This document shows positions 1 through 12,331 of a stretch of 64,000 nucleotides of DNA, in pieces (within the stretch, counting starts at the first letter, position 1; each line of letters opens with the position of its first letter). The DNA is taken from NCBI GenBank assembly GCA_035084275.1, contig CM068746.1, positions 14,632,001 through 14,696,000 of the forward strand, in the 5' to 3' direction. The notes beneath the pieces were generated by a model, which did no database searches, was not told the DNA's origin, and saw only the letters and a list, made by a program, of their open reading frames with translations. The translations under genes were made by a program, and so were the position numbers. The stretch is from Hydrolagus colliei (lineage: Eukaryota).

Positions 1-317
1 ATCTCTAAGTTGTGGATAGTTGGTGACTGTGTGAAAAACAGAATGGAATCCTCCCTCCCATTGAGAGGTCAAGAAGAAAAATAATAAGGTCAGGCAGTCA
101 TAATCCAGGTTCCCTCCACACAAATACAGAGTATCAAATACATAGAGAACGTAGAGCAGAAACTCTTCCCTTGCCTTTCTGTTTAAGCTGAAAACATCAG
201 TGAGGCCGAACACTTCATTTTATGGGAAGAGAAGTCATTCAATGCCACGAATAATCTAAGACAATACATGTGGATATTAATAGTAAATTGCGAACAATTG
301 GCCATGCATGAATATAG

Positions 318-428
318 TAATAATCCTTGAATTTGTTACAGTATCTTATCACTTCATTGAGATGTCTCAAAGCGCTTCACATAATGTATTGTAAAGTGAA
401 TTGAATGTATATTTTGTGGGTGAAACAT
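318..428 (-). mobile_element. Degraded SINE 3' tail fragment (L2-type tail)
   Basis: taataatccttg...gatgtctcaaagcgcttcac...gtaaagtgaattg matches the tail of fuller SINE copies in this window. Confidence 0.7.
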
Positions 429-669
429 AATTATGGCAATACGTTATTGTTGTGCAACCCTTCCTATTCCACATCCTTCCATTTATCCAAATATTCTTCT
501 TTCCTTACCCACCATTAACATGAAGTTATTTGGTTACTTTCCGAAAGTGGTCAATTGAATTGCAGTGGAATTATAGACACAGCTATCTTTAGTAAAACAC
601 AATGTCATAACCAGCAGCATAATCTTAAAAACTGCTTGAATGAATGTGATTGATTTATTAATAATCCAC

Positions 670-900
670 ATAATAATAATCCGTGCATTTGATATAGTGT
701 TTTTCACGTCTTCTAGACCTCTCAAAGCGCTTCACAGAATATATTACGAATATTATAATATATTACATATATTATATTGAATTGACTGTACATTTATGGG
801 CAAACTGTGATAGCCAATTGCGCACAGCGGTGTCCCACAAACAGTCATGGATTGAAATGACCAATTTGTCATCATTTTTTTTCTCAAGGGATTATTATTT
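670..900 (-). mobile_element. SINE 3' half (Deu-like domain plus tail)
   Basis: (TAA)n tail, tail stem-loop, gccaattgcgcacagcggtgtcccacaaacag block; no tRNA head. Confidence 0.85.
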
Positions 901-3374
901 ATGGGTTTAGCTGATTGACAGCTAATTGTTAGTCTAACAATTGCCATATAGCACCATTGGTAAGATTTTGACAGGATTTGCTCTCTGGTTGTCAGGTCAT
1001 TTTCTGCCTTTCCTGAACAGAAAAGCTACCATGAAAAGATATGTTGGAAATAATACCTCAGGATAGAATATATAAATCAGGACATGACATGCCAGGATGG
1101 TGTAAGACGAACTGGATGGATCTTGGTCTTCTATCTCCATGGCAAATCCTTAAATTTCTGTTTAGAAATTGTCCAGGATTTCGAGATTAAAGTAAATGAA
1201 CAGATTTGAATAACAGGGCCTCACTTCCAGTAACCTGATTACTGGGAATGGAAGACAGACTTGAGCTGGTATGGGGTTGTCAGTGCTGTCACATCAACAA
1301 ATCTTGAACAGACTGGAAAATACTGCTATGAGGAGGCAGAACTCACCAGGGCAACGAGAACACTCCAGGAGCTGAGGTTTAGTTTCGTAAACAACTTTTA
1401 CTGAAATATATTTGCATCTGGCGGGCAAAGTCTGACACCAACAGAGCCCTTCGGTTTTAATGTTACAGAATACAAAATCTTCTTTGTTGCATTGTGCAGC
1501 AAAAGCCCATCCATATGATCATTTGAGTCCTCCAGGGTAGATTTGCCAGCACTAATGTTCCTTAACATATTCTAATGATAGTTCATGCTCGAAATGCTAA
1601 CCTATTTAAAGTATTGATCAAGCAAGTGCCATATCCTTTCTTTTACCTTGCGAAATAGCACCTGCCTTCACCTAAGCAGTTACTGTCCCTTCTGCCAACA
1701 GAGCTGTTAATTGCTTAAATTGATCACCATTTCCATTAGACGCACATGAAAGGTGAACAGTCTCCCCCGATCTCCATGGGCTAGAAATGTTTTGAAGGGC
1801 GCAATATAAACACACCTTTTTGTTGAAGTTTTTGTTGAGGACCAACCTATTCATTAGAGCTTTGGTTTGCATGGCTAAGAGGAGTCTAAATAGGAAGAAT
1901 CCCTGCCCACACACCTTACCTGGTCCCAGTATCTGTTCTTGAACTCCAACAACAAATTATATTTGCATTACGCCTTTCACCTCAGGAGGACATCCCAAGG
2001 CACATAGCAACCAACATGACTGACTCAAACTGCTCAAGAACAACGTCTACATAGGATGAACATGATTGCAATATTCCATTGTCACGCACATTACTTTGGA
2101 GTCAGCCTCAAAGACCCTGCAAACCTCCCCCATCCCCCATCCCAGGAAGATGGTCCCCAATGGGTCAAAATCTGAACAAGAATAAAGATAGTGTTTATCT
2201 TCCTTTTCTCCTCTTGTTTTCAAATCAATTTCCCCTCCTGACCTGTAAGCAGTTTGATTCATGTAAGGTTAGCATCTGACAATCACAAATAAACATTCTT
2301 GCTGCCCGTGTCTAGATAATGAGTGCTGGCATGTTGCAATCACACGGGTCTCTTTACCCAAACCAATATTGTGATTTGAGTAACGTTTTCTGTGTTTCAC
2401 TCATTGTGTGATTCTTGTCAGTTCCAGTGTTGGCTCTCTCTGTGCTAAACTTAGGATCGTATCAATGTAATAGATGCTTCATTTCAAAATAATTGAAACT
2501 CCGAAACTCGCGTAGAACAACAGTGAATAATTCAATTAAATAAATCCATTGGATAGAGCTAGCTATATCAATTCCAAATCATTATAAATCACTAGTAGCT
2601 CTGACCTCTGATTTGATATGGCTTTAGAATTTACATCCCAGGCTGATATAATTACTCAATAAAACCTGCCTCATTAAATGCATTTTCAGGAGCTCACTTA
2701 TAAAAGGAGCACCATAACATTACTAGAAGTAGTGGAGAGGGTGCAGCTGGTTACGGCAACTTGCATTTATATAGCGCCCTTAACCCAGGGCAGCATCTCA
2801 AAGCACTTTGTTTCTGCTAACATAGATTTGCAGACACGGATAATTCTACATTTCGCCCAGAGCATGGCACCAGTGACAGATGATAAAATTGCTAAAGGAA
2901 TAAAAAAAAAACACATTCACCAACTTATAAAGGTTCAAAAGATAAATCTACTAATGTACCCACCCTTCTACACACGTTATTGCTGTCGCTTTGGGTGCCT
3001 TTTGTTTTGGACTTTAGTACAGATATGGCCCTACTATTGCAATTTATATTTAACAAGAACAAATGCAAGGATTATTTAAACACAAATAGCTCCTTCTGGA
3101 ATGACTTCTGCATGTGAAAGGAGAGTAATAATTAATGATCAATGGTGTGCAAGTGAAAGCAGTTCTTTGGGGTTGAATGCTTACTTCCCATCTTACTGGA
3201 ATCGCTCCAGGTTTATGTTTATTGTCGCTGTAATGTATGACTATTATCAGCATCCATGCAAATAGCCTATATAGTTTTCATTTTCTCTTGTGTGTGCGAA
3301 GGACCCATCACCAACCAACAAGTACAGAATGCCTTAGTAATGCAAAAAATGGGGAAGAAGATAATGGAATACTG

Positions 3375-3702
3375 TAATAATAATAATAATCCTTGCATTT
3401 GATATAGCACTTTTCACATCTTATCGAAGTTTCAAACACTGCACAGGATATACAGAAAACTGAATTGACTGTACATTTGTAGGCAAAACAAGGCGGGCCA
3501 ATTGCTCACAGCAGTGTCCCACAAACAGTCATGGATTGAAATTACCAATTTTTATTATTGTGTTTTTTGGGGGATGGATTATTATCAGGCTTGTGGGTGG
3601 AGTAAGGAAACTTGCCCGAGGTTTTGCGCTGATCTGCCTGGATTCGAACACAGGTCTTACGCTTGTAAGGTGAGTGCTCTAACCACTGAGCTACAGGAGC
3701 TC
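3375..3702 (-). mobile_element. Full-length tRNA-derived SINE
   Basis: Minus strand: A box TAGCTCAGTGGTTAGAGC, B box GTTCGAATCC, CORE-like GGGCAAGTTTCCTTA, Deu-like block, (ATT)n tail. Confidence 0.9.
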
Positions 3703-3899
3703 GAATACAGCTCAAGCAGAAACGCTACAGTGATGCTCTAACCTACCGATATGCAAGAATGTTTGAAATTAATAAAGAATATCTGCACTGAGATCAACCT
3801 TGGCCTCCCACCTGCTAGGTTTGCTTGCCAGAGTGCAAAGGAAGCAAATTAGCATTTGAGAAAACGTGCCAATTCTTGAGAACAAAGGATTTAATTGGA

Positions 3900-4165
3900 A
3901 TTCATTTCATTCAGCCCCTCAAGCCTATTCCGGCACTCTGAAACATCATAGTCAATCTGTACCTCATCTTCAATTACCTGCCCTTCCCCCATATCTCTTG
4001 CAAAGCTTATCTAACAAATATTTATCCACCTCAGTCTTGTAAATTTGAATGGATCCAGCATCCATAGCCTTTTGAGGGCGAGAGTTCCAGATTTCCACAA
4101 CAATTTGGGTGAAAACCTGCCTCCTGAATTCACTCCTAAATTGCCTAACTCTAATTTTAAATTCT
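3900..4165 (-). mobile_element. CR1 LINE 3' fragment
   Basis: ORF 3970-4197(-) FRSEFRRQVFTQIVVEIWNSRPQKAMDAGSI resembles the CR1 ORF2 C-terminus. Confidence 0.8.
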
Positions 4166-4743
4166 CTAATTATAGAATGGAAGGAGGCCTTAAACATTAT
4201 AACAAACTTTTAAAAAAAAATAACGTTCTTCTGAGATCAAGTTGTTGCTTTACAACCGCTGCAATCATTTTATTTTCAGCCGTTCTAATGATTGTGATTT
4301 TGAAGTTGATGTATAAAAATACAAAACATGTGCAATGTGTGTTCAATTCATCCTATGATTCCTAGCATCTAGAAGGTTGCCATAAAAGCAAGGTTAATAA
4401 CTGCATTAAAAGAATGATGATGGGATTTGGGGCACATTTCTACTGATGTATGGACCAGAACTAATACTTACTTCTCTGTGATGGTACACTGGATGGTACT
4501 CAAATGTGCTCTAGATCTGCAAGCAATGTCTGTCAAGTAAATTTATACATGCCCCATTGCTACTGGCCATTATATCTCTTCCAGATGTCTTTCCAATCTG
4601 CTGCACTTGCAGACTTGTGCTTAGTTTATTTGATGATCTTTTATCAAAAAAATGTGACTGGGTCTGTTTTTTAAAAAAAACTGTGCCTATTTATGCATGC
4701 CTACTTTGTTACAACTTCTTAAGACCTTTCCAATATTAAAATA

Positions 4744-5038
4744 CAGATACCCCGCTCCAACCTCGCCCTCGACAACCGCGAAACTCACGCATCCACAGTT
4801 TGCTAAATGGAACAACCCTTGCTAACCACGCAAAGGTTATTGTTCTTTTTCAACATACCTTGTCGCCGGCATTGCAAACCTCCTGGGCATAGAGCACGCA
4901 TATCGCAATGCGCGCACACATCCGAATGCGCGCGCATACACAGGATAAAAAAAACTGGTGATATCGATATATCGGTATATATCGATATGAGCCCACCGAC
5001 ATATTGATAGCGGAAAAATTCCATATCGACGGACACTA
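4744..5038. mobile_element. CpG-rich non-autonomous DNA transposon relic, possibly composite (Tigger-like left end, hAT-like right end)
   Basis: TA|CAGATACCCCGC start resembles the TIR of the 63078 MITE; repeated ATATCG motifs; right end reads TAGTGTCCGTCGATAT on the minus strand. Confidence 0.5.
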
Positions 5039-5559
5039 TTTGTAACTATACTCAGAGTTATCCAGTTGACTCTCAAAATCATTTGTATCAGTGTTATTGT
5101 TGATGATTTGTCTTGATTCTTTTACTCTCAATAAAGGTTTTTCTTAGGCTCAATCTCCTCCTGGGAACCTGTTTTCCAATTGGGATGTCCTCCCAACGTG
5201 AGAGGCACTCTATAAATGTAATTTTGTTGTTGTTTTCCAATTATTAATTACCCTTTGGATAAAGAAAAACTGCTTTGTGTCAGCTCTGAAATTGCCTTTT
5301 GCAACTCTACACCTATGTCCTCTTGTTCTGCTGTCTATTTATGTTAAAATCAAAATGTCTTCTACTACTGTATTTCCTGCTCTAACTCATGCTCTCCCTA
5401 TGTCTACTTCCTTTCAAGGCATGTCAAAGTCCAACCGATTCTCCCCTTATTGTGTTTTGCTGTTATTTATTTTCCACCTTGCTGCCCGCCATACTTCACT
5501 TGGTAAGCCTCAGCAAATTCACCAAATCCTAACATTATTGTTATTCATAATAATAATCC

Positions 5560-5810
5560 AGTTACCAGATCTAAAAGGAGGAATTAGGAGGAACTCTTCA
5601 CACAGAGGATGGTGAGAATGTTCAACTCATTGCTGGAAGCCATGCTTGTAGCAAAACATATCCACAAATGAGCAAATGTAATGGATACATGAAGGAGAAA
5701 TGAACAGAGAAGGGATGGTAGAGAGGAAAGGAGGGCTGGAAGCTTGTGTAGAGTACAAGGATCGGCAGGTACAAGTTGGACCAAATGACCTGAAACATTC
5801 TATGTCATTC
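5560..5810 (+). mobile_element. Old CR1 3' fragment
   Basis: aggaggaactcttcacacagaggatggtgagaatg...gttggaccaaatgacctg resembles CR1 3' end. Confidence 0.6.
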
Positions 5811-7206
5811 CCTGTATAATCCTTACTCGCCCTAAATCAGCATTTCACCCAAATTAAGGAAAAGCATCTGCTGTATTTATGATTTCTCCCTTCAAAAATC
5901 ACATTTGATCTAAGAGATCAAATAGACCAAAAAATAAGAGCCAAATACCTTAAGGAAATGTGAGAACATTGGAGAAGAATCTTAGCAGAGAGAATTGAAA
6001 ACCTTGTTTGGATCCCTGTGTGATATCAATTTATATTTTTCTGTGGAGCTGAGAACAGTATGAATAGTGTGCGTTTATATGGTAACAATCTAATTAAAAT
6101 AATGATCAAAGCAGTTCCTGTTACAGGAAGAATCAATGCTTATTACCACTTTGTTGTGTAGTTCAAAGGCTTTGTTTCAGAACAAGGTTTAGCGTTCCTA
6201 CCTCTCCTCTGTGATGTAAACATCTCTAAGGTCACAGTGGTGTTAAATTATAATAAACAAACTGCATGCTAAATATTTCATGAACAATTTGTAACTCGGT
6301 GAAGACTTTTGGTAGAGTATTTGTAATCCTCAGAAACACTGGCAATAAATAAACAAACAGAGCCAATCTGAATATTTGAATCTCACAAATATGAAACCTT
6401 CTGCAAACTGTATCTCTTCCGCTCCATTTCATTTAATTAAAATGCCATAAAGCATGAAGAGCACTGAAGCAGACACAAGTCTGTGTAGAAGATGTGACTT
6501 GCAGGCAGAGGGGGTTGATCTCCTAAACTATGTTCAGTTTGGGACTGAACAGTGCATTTTGATGCCTGGCATTAAAGTATGTTTTATCCTGAATGCTTTA
6601 CAATTGTGGGATTAGATGATATTCCAAAATATGTGTTAATGAAGCATGACAACAAAGCATCAGTTGCGAAAGCAGGCGACAGTACATGTAAATTAGGTAA
6701 TTAGTGACTATTTCACATTGTTCAATTGGACCTCCTCCAGCTCACAATTTAGGTGACTTTGACATCTTCATCTATTGAGTTACTTTCTCTCTGGAAGTTA
6801 CTGTTTTGATACATTTGTGTCAGATGCGTTACAGGATGATTTTCATGTGTAATCACTTGTACAATTTCTTTTAGAGCATGTGAACACAGTGCAATCTCTA
6901 TGATTACTCAATCATAAAAAAAATTATTTATGCTGTTTGAATAATTGTTCAAGTAGGGAAACACAGAATTATTGTAATAATATGGCTATGTCAATTATAG
7001 GTCAAGTACATTGCCCCCCCCCTCCCCCCCCACCCCCACCCTCACAGCTGCTGGCTCATAACAGATAAGTTTCCATGTTACACTAGCAACACTTCAATAC
7101 CTAGCTCAAGTGGCCATTCTTCATCTGGGAAAGCTTCACAGTGAAAGTCAAGCAGCTATTCAGGTCAACTAATTCCCACACACAGATTTTTTACCTGGGA
7201 GACAAT

Positions 7207-7537
7207 TAATAATAAATAATAATAATAACCCTTGTATTTCATATAGCGCTTTTCACATTTTCTAGACGTCTCAAAGTGCTTCATAGAATATACTGCAGGA
7301 TGAATTGACTGTAGTTTGTGGGCGAAACGTGGCAGCAAATTGCACACAGCAATGTTCCTCCCACAAACAGTTGTGGATTGAAATCACCCATTCTTGGTGT
7401 TGTTTTTTTTAGGGACTATTATCAGGCATTTGGAGTAAGAAAACTTGCCCAAGATTTCGCCCTGCCTGGAATCAAGCCCAGGTCTCCCTCTTGCAAAAGG
7501 TGAGTGCTCTAATTAATCACTGAGTTACAGGATTCCA
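7207..7537 (-). mobile_element. Full-length tRNA-derived SINE
   Basis: Same module order as 3375-3702. Confidence 0.9.
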
Positions 7538-8614
7538 CTTGAATGATGTCAAAATTGCGAGTAGTTCAAATAGTGCATCAAAAGAAATACTTGTGGGATG
7601 ATATGCCTGGCAAGAGGCATGAGAAAATGATTTGAGCCAGCCTAGATAACACAAAGGTACACAGAGATAGAACAGAGCCGTTCTCTCGGGTTCGTTAAAT
7701 TATGTTACTTGAAACACATTGCAACATGATTTAATATGCATGCAGGATTTGAGCTTTAAAGCGTATTGAATTTTATCTGATAGATTGTCAAGGTTACAAA
7801 TATCAATCCAGGAGCACAGAACAATGTATACTGTAGTTCTTGGGTTCACAGATGTCCTTGAGTTAATTAGAATCTCTGCAGAACTTTGTAATGAATTTCA
7901 AGATTGATTCTAATACCAAATTGTATTTTTATGGCAGTGCCTGATTACAGAGGTCTTGAGAACAATAAATGGGGTGGATGAGAAGGAACATAAAGGACAG
8001 TTTCACACACATTAGTGACTGGCTGTGAAAGAGGTGGCACTCACCCTGAGAAAAACAGCATAATACTAAATAATTCCTTGCGTTTGGTATAGCCCCATTG
8101 CACTTTGAGAGGCAATGTCCCACAAACAATCATGAAACGAATGACTAATTTTAATTGTATAGTGGCGGATTGAGGAAAGTAATAGTATTCTTAGGAGGGA
8201 TGTCGTGTTGTTATGAATTGAATTGGACAGAAGGAAATTCAATGGACACTATTGCAATCTTGGCCATTCAGGATCACTCTTTTTATAACTTAGTTTATCA
8301 CCCAGCAAGCAATTAACACACTTGCCAAAGACTAAATGCCAACATGGCAAACATGTGTAGCTCCAACAGAGGAGATTGCAATCCTAAGAAACAATCAGAC
8401 CCATTCAACCAACAATAAATCAATAAGAATAGACAGCAGTCCCAGTTTATCAGATCTAATGAGCAGTTGTGGGTACAACCTTTCATGTTGCTGCTACACA
8501 GAACCACTGCTGGTGAGAAAAAAATATAGGTTTGTGGTAGATGAGGAGGCTCTACTCTTATGTCAAATAGAAGAAAACTTAAATGAGCTGTGAAGGAGAA
8601 ACAAAGTCAGGTAA

Positions 8615-8795
8615 AAATTAAAAAATACTCAAATGCTGGAGAAGTGAAACTTCTGGGTTATATGAAAGACAGAGTTAGACTGTGTATCAGATGTTACCCT
8701 TTGGCAGTTATGTTGGAGTGTTGTACCCAAAACATCAGATTTTATTTCAGATTTTGACAGACCTGCTGTGTGTTTTTAGCATTTTCTGGTTTTCT
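8615..8795. mobile_element. Old Penelope-type terminal repeat relics, apparently inverted pair
   Basis: aaatgctggag... on the left and cagacctgctgtgtgtttttagcattttctg on the right resemble opposite strands of the 37627-37735 terminal repeat. Confidence 0.4.
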
Positions 8796-8993
8796 CACAG
8801 GGAATGCTAGGGAGATGAATTAACACACCAATAACGGTGACAGCAATTCCCGAAAATGTAAAAAGAAACACGTTGTTAATTAATTAATCCATTATAAAGT
8901 GCTTTCTCCCATCCCTAAAGAGAAACATGCATAAAATGAAGTTTAGCATTCGGTAACTTAATTCAGAGCAAACACAAGTTCAGAAGAGAGTTA

Positions 8994-9060
8994 AATAAAA
9001 TACCTTTCTCCATGGATGCTGCCTGACCTGCTGAGTTTTCCCAGCAACTTCTGTTTTTGT
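8994..9060 (+). mobile_element. Penelope terminal-repeat fragment flanked by a 15-bp direct repeat
   Basis: cctttctccatggatgctgcctgacctgctgagtttt matches 37671-37710; TTCAGAAGAGAGTTA at 8979-8993 and 9061-9075. Confidence 0.75.
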
Positions 9061-9159
9061 TTCAGAAGAGAGTTATTCAGATGAGACCACCCACCCATCA
9101 ATCTAGGTTGGTAACATCTTAAATTTTAAAGGAGAGACTAGGCTGATTAATTTTGTTAA

Positions 9160-10412
9160 TCTATCTGTGACCAGGGCTCCCTCTGCCTCCTTATCCTCCT
9201 GGACCTGTCGGCTGCGTTCGACACAGTCGACCACGCCATCCTCCTCCCCGCCTGTCCTCCACCTCAGTGGGACCGCGCTAGCCTGGTTCAAGTCCTACCT
9301 CACAAACCGCCAGCAGTACATTTCCACAAACGGTTTTTCCTCCCGCTCTTACCCAGTTACCTGTGGGGTACCCCAGGGATCCATCCTTGGCCCCCTTCTT
9401 CTCCTCATCTATATGCTCCCTCTTGGGGATGTCATCCGCAGACATGGGGCACACTTCCACATGTGCGTGGATGACACCCAACTCTATCTCTCCACTTCAC
9501 TTTGCGACCCCCAGTCCCCTGATGTTCTGTCAGCCTGACTGTCAGACATCAGGAGCTGGATGAGCGCAAATTTCTTGCAGCTGAATGTTGACAAGACGGA
9601 GGCCATACTCCTTGGCTCTCGTCAACGTCTACATTCACACAGCTCTCACCTCCTCCACCTTCCCGGCCTGCCCCTAAAACTCTCTGAATCTGTCCGCAAC
9701 CTTGGCATCAGGTTCGATCCCCAACTGTCCTTCCTTCCCCACGTCCGGTCCATTACCAGCACTGCCTTCTACCACCTCCGACGGATTGCCTGTCTCCGGC
9801 AATACCTCACCACAAAAGCCGCTGAAACCTTGGTCCACACCTTTGTCATCTCTCGGCTGGACTATTGCAACGCCCTCCTCGCCGGTCTCCCCTCCACCAC
9901 AATCCACAAAATCCAGCTAATCCAAAACTCTGCCGTCCGCATACTCACCCGCTCGAAGCTCGCTCCCCCATTACCCCAGTCCTTACCAGACTTCACTGGC
10001 TCCCTATCTCAGAGAGGATCGACTTCAAGATCCTCACCCTTGTTTTCAAATCCTTCCACTCCTCTGCACCCCCCTATCTCTCTGATCTCCTCTCCCCCCC
10101 AACCCAGCACCCGCTGCCTTCGCTCCTCTGGGTCTGGCCTCCTCCATGTACCCCGAGTCCTCCGCTTCATCCTTGGCGGCCGTGCCTTCAGCCACTACGC
10201 TCCGAGGCTCTGGAACTCCCTTCCTCACTCCCTTTGCCTCGTCCCCTCTCTTCCCAGTTTCAAGTCACAGCTGAAGACCTTTCTCTTCGACCAGGCTTTT
10301 GGTCACCTTTCTGCCCCTGCTCCTGGCTCGGTCCTGGGATCCGCTACTGTAAAGCGCTCTGAGATGCTGTCCGGCGTGGAGGGCGCAATATAAATCTAAG
10401 TTGTTGTTGTTG
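9160..10412 (+). mobile_element. 5'-truncated L2 LINE (subfamily A), disrupted reverse transcriptase
   Basis: [22 protein letters not shown] (YADD motif), QLNVDKTE, SRLDYCNALL, LHWLP; (TTG)n tail; candidate TSD TTGTTAA 9153-9159 / 10413-10419. Confidence 0.95.
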
Positions 10413-11843
10413 TTGTTAAGAACCAGCTGAACTGCTCCAAGATAGGTCGGTTCCTGAGCCAGGAAACCTTTTTTGTCCAATAAAATAATCCAATATAAAC
10501 ATTAATGTAATCTGTCAATCTGGCAATGCTAAATAGAAGAAAATGTATTAAGTGGGGCTGGTTTATTTAAAAAAAACCAAAATGTTCTTGTACAGAGAAT
10601 ATTCTATTCATTGGAAGATTTATTTAATTTGTAAATTTCATGTCTCCTAACTAGTCCAGTTTTTATGATCCTCAGAGATATAATACCAACACAGTCCATT
10701 TCTCTTTAATGTCCATTTCTCATATTGATGAAGCCATTAATATGCTAAGTCAATTGAAGAAAAAACAGTATAACTGCAGTAGCTCTTCAGTTTGAACTTC
10801 ATACAAGAACAGTACCTTTGTAAGTGTTAATGTATAAAATAGGACGTACAGAATGTATTGATGTGACCTATTATAAATTTCCACTGATTAAGAATACAAT
10901 TAATTCCCCTTCAAATATTTTCCAAGGAAACAAATCTTTTTATTGATAGCCAACAGTTTGCTTGCCAGGAATTCCCAATTCCCCCAACTTGGCCACTACT
11001 GGCTGATCCTATAATTGGTGCATGAATAAATCTTTCTTACACCGCTTGCTTTAAAGTACAGTAGTCTACAATTTATAGTTGTCTGTGTTTTCAAGTCATT
11101 GTTAAATATATTAGCTAATAGACTCCTTGTCTGGGAAAACCTTAGGCTTTATCTAAGAGCTGTTGATGATACCACAACTGCTCACCTTTCAAGAATAGCC
11201 CATCCACTGGTGCAGAAACTTTTATTTGATGGGACTGTTTAGGAAAAGATGATAAATGCTGCAGCCTACAGGCCAAAAGGGGCATCACTCTACATTAGTA
11301 GAAATGGATTGGAAGTTTCCATTGAAGGAGATGCTAACACGTAAAAGAGAAGTGCAGAACATAGCTTGAAAACGCAGTATTGCTTTCCACTATCGGTGAA
11401 TACCAATTCCTCCCAGTATCACAACCAAAGTGATTATTGGGAACCCATCTCCAAAAGTAGATCGTGTCGTTGCTCCCCACTCCTGGTTGCTATTGGGAAC
11501 CACGACTTGTGACTCCAAATTGCTAATTGTCAATGCAGGTGGAGCAATCCAGATACTAAATTCCCAAAAGGTTGGGTGGCCTAATTGGCGGCCTGGAGAA
11601 CGATTTCACATACCCCTTCCCACAACCACACACACACACACACTCTATTTCATCTGACCCACACGCTCCCTCCACTCCCTCCAGATGTTTCTCTTAGAGG
11701 GTATGTGGCCCTCAAAAGTCAAAAGGTTGAACCATCCTGCCATATGGTTACAGACCACTGTTAATGAAAGATCTCTTCTCAGCCTTGAGCAACATTCACT
11801 CTTAAATGGCTGAGGTCGTAGCATAGTCACAGCCATTCCACAT

Positions 11844-12331
11844 TAATAATAATAATCCTTGCATTTGATATAGCGTTTTTCACGCCTTCTAGACGTCTCA
11901 AAGCACTTCACAGAATATACTTTTAAGGGAATTGACTGTATATTTTATGGGTGAAACGTGGCAGCCATAACGCACAGGAGTGTCCCACAAACAGTCGTGG
12001 ATATAAATGACCAATTTATATAATAATCCTACATTTGATATAATGCTTTTCATGTTTTCCAGATGTCTCAAAGTGCTTCACAGAATATACTGTAAAGTAA
12101 ATTGACTGTACATTTTGTGGGTGAAATATAGCAACCAATTGCTCACAGCAGTGTCCCACTAACAGTCTTGGATTGAGTGAGCAAATTATTAGTGTTTGTG
12201 TTTTTTTCATGAGAGATTATTATCAGGCGCTTGGGATAAGGAAACTTGCCCAAGGTTTCACCCTGTCGGGAATCGAACCAAAGTGTCTCACTTGCGAATC
12301 GAGTGCTCTAACCACTGAGCTGCAGCACTCC
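11844..12331 (-). mobile_element. Tandem SINE pair (3' half copy 11844-12018 plus full copy 12021-12331)
   Basis: Two consecutive tails and Deu-like blocks, one tRNA head. Confidence 0.88.

Noticed and set aside
1215-1405. Coding-looking purine-rich stretch
   Set aside because: Frames are short, not bounded by consistent splice sites, and not recognisable
9560-10393. 277-aa ORF as a host gene
   Set aside because: L2 ORF2 C-terminal relic with an upstream stop and a frameshift
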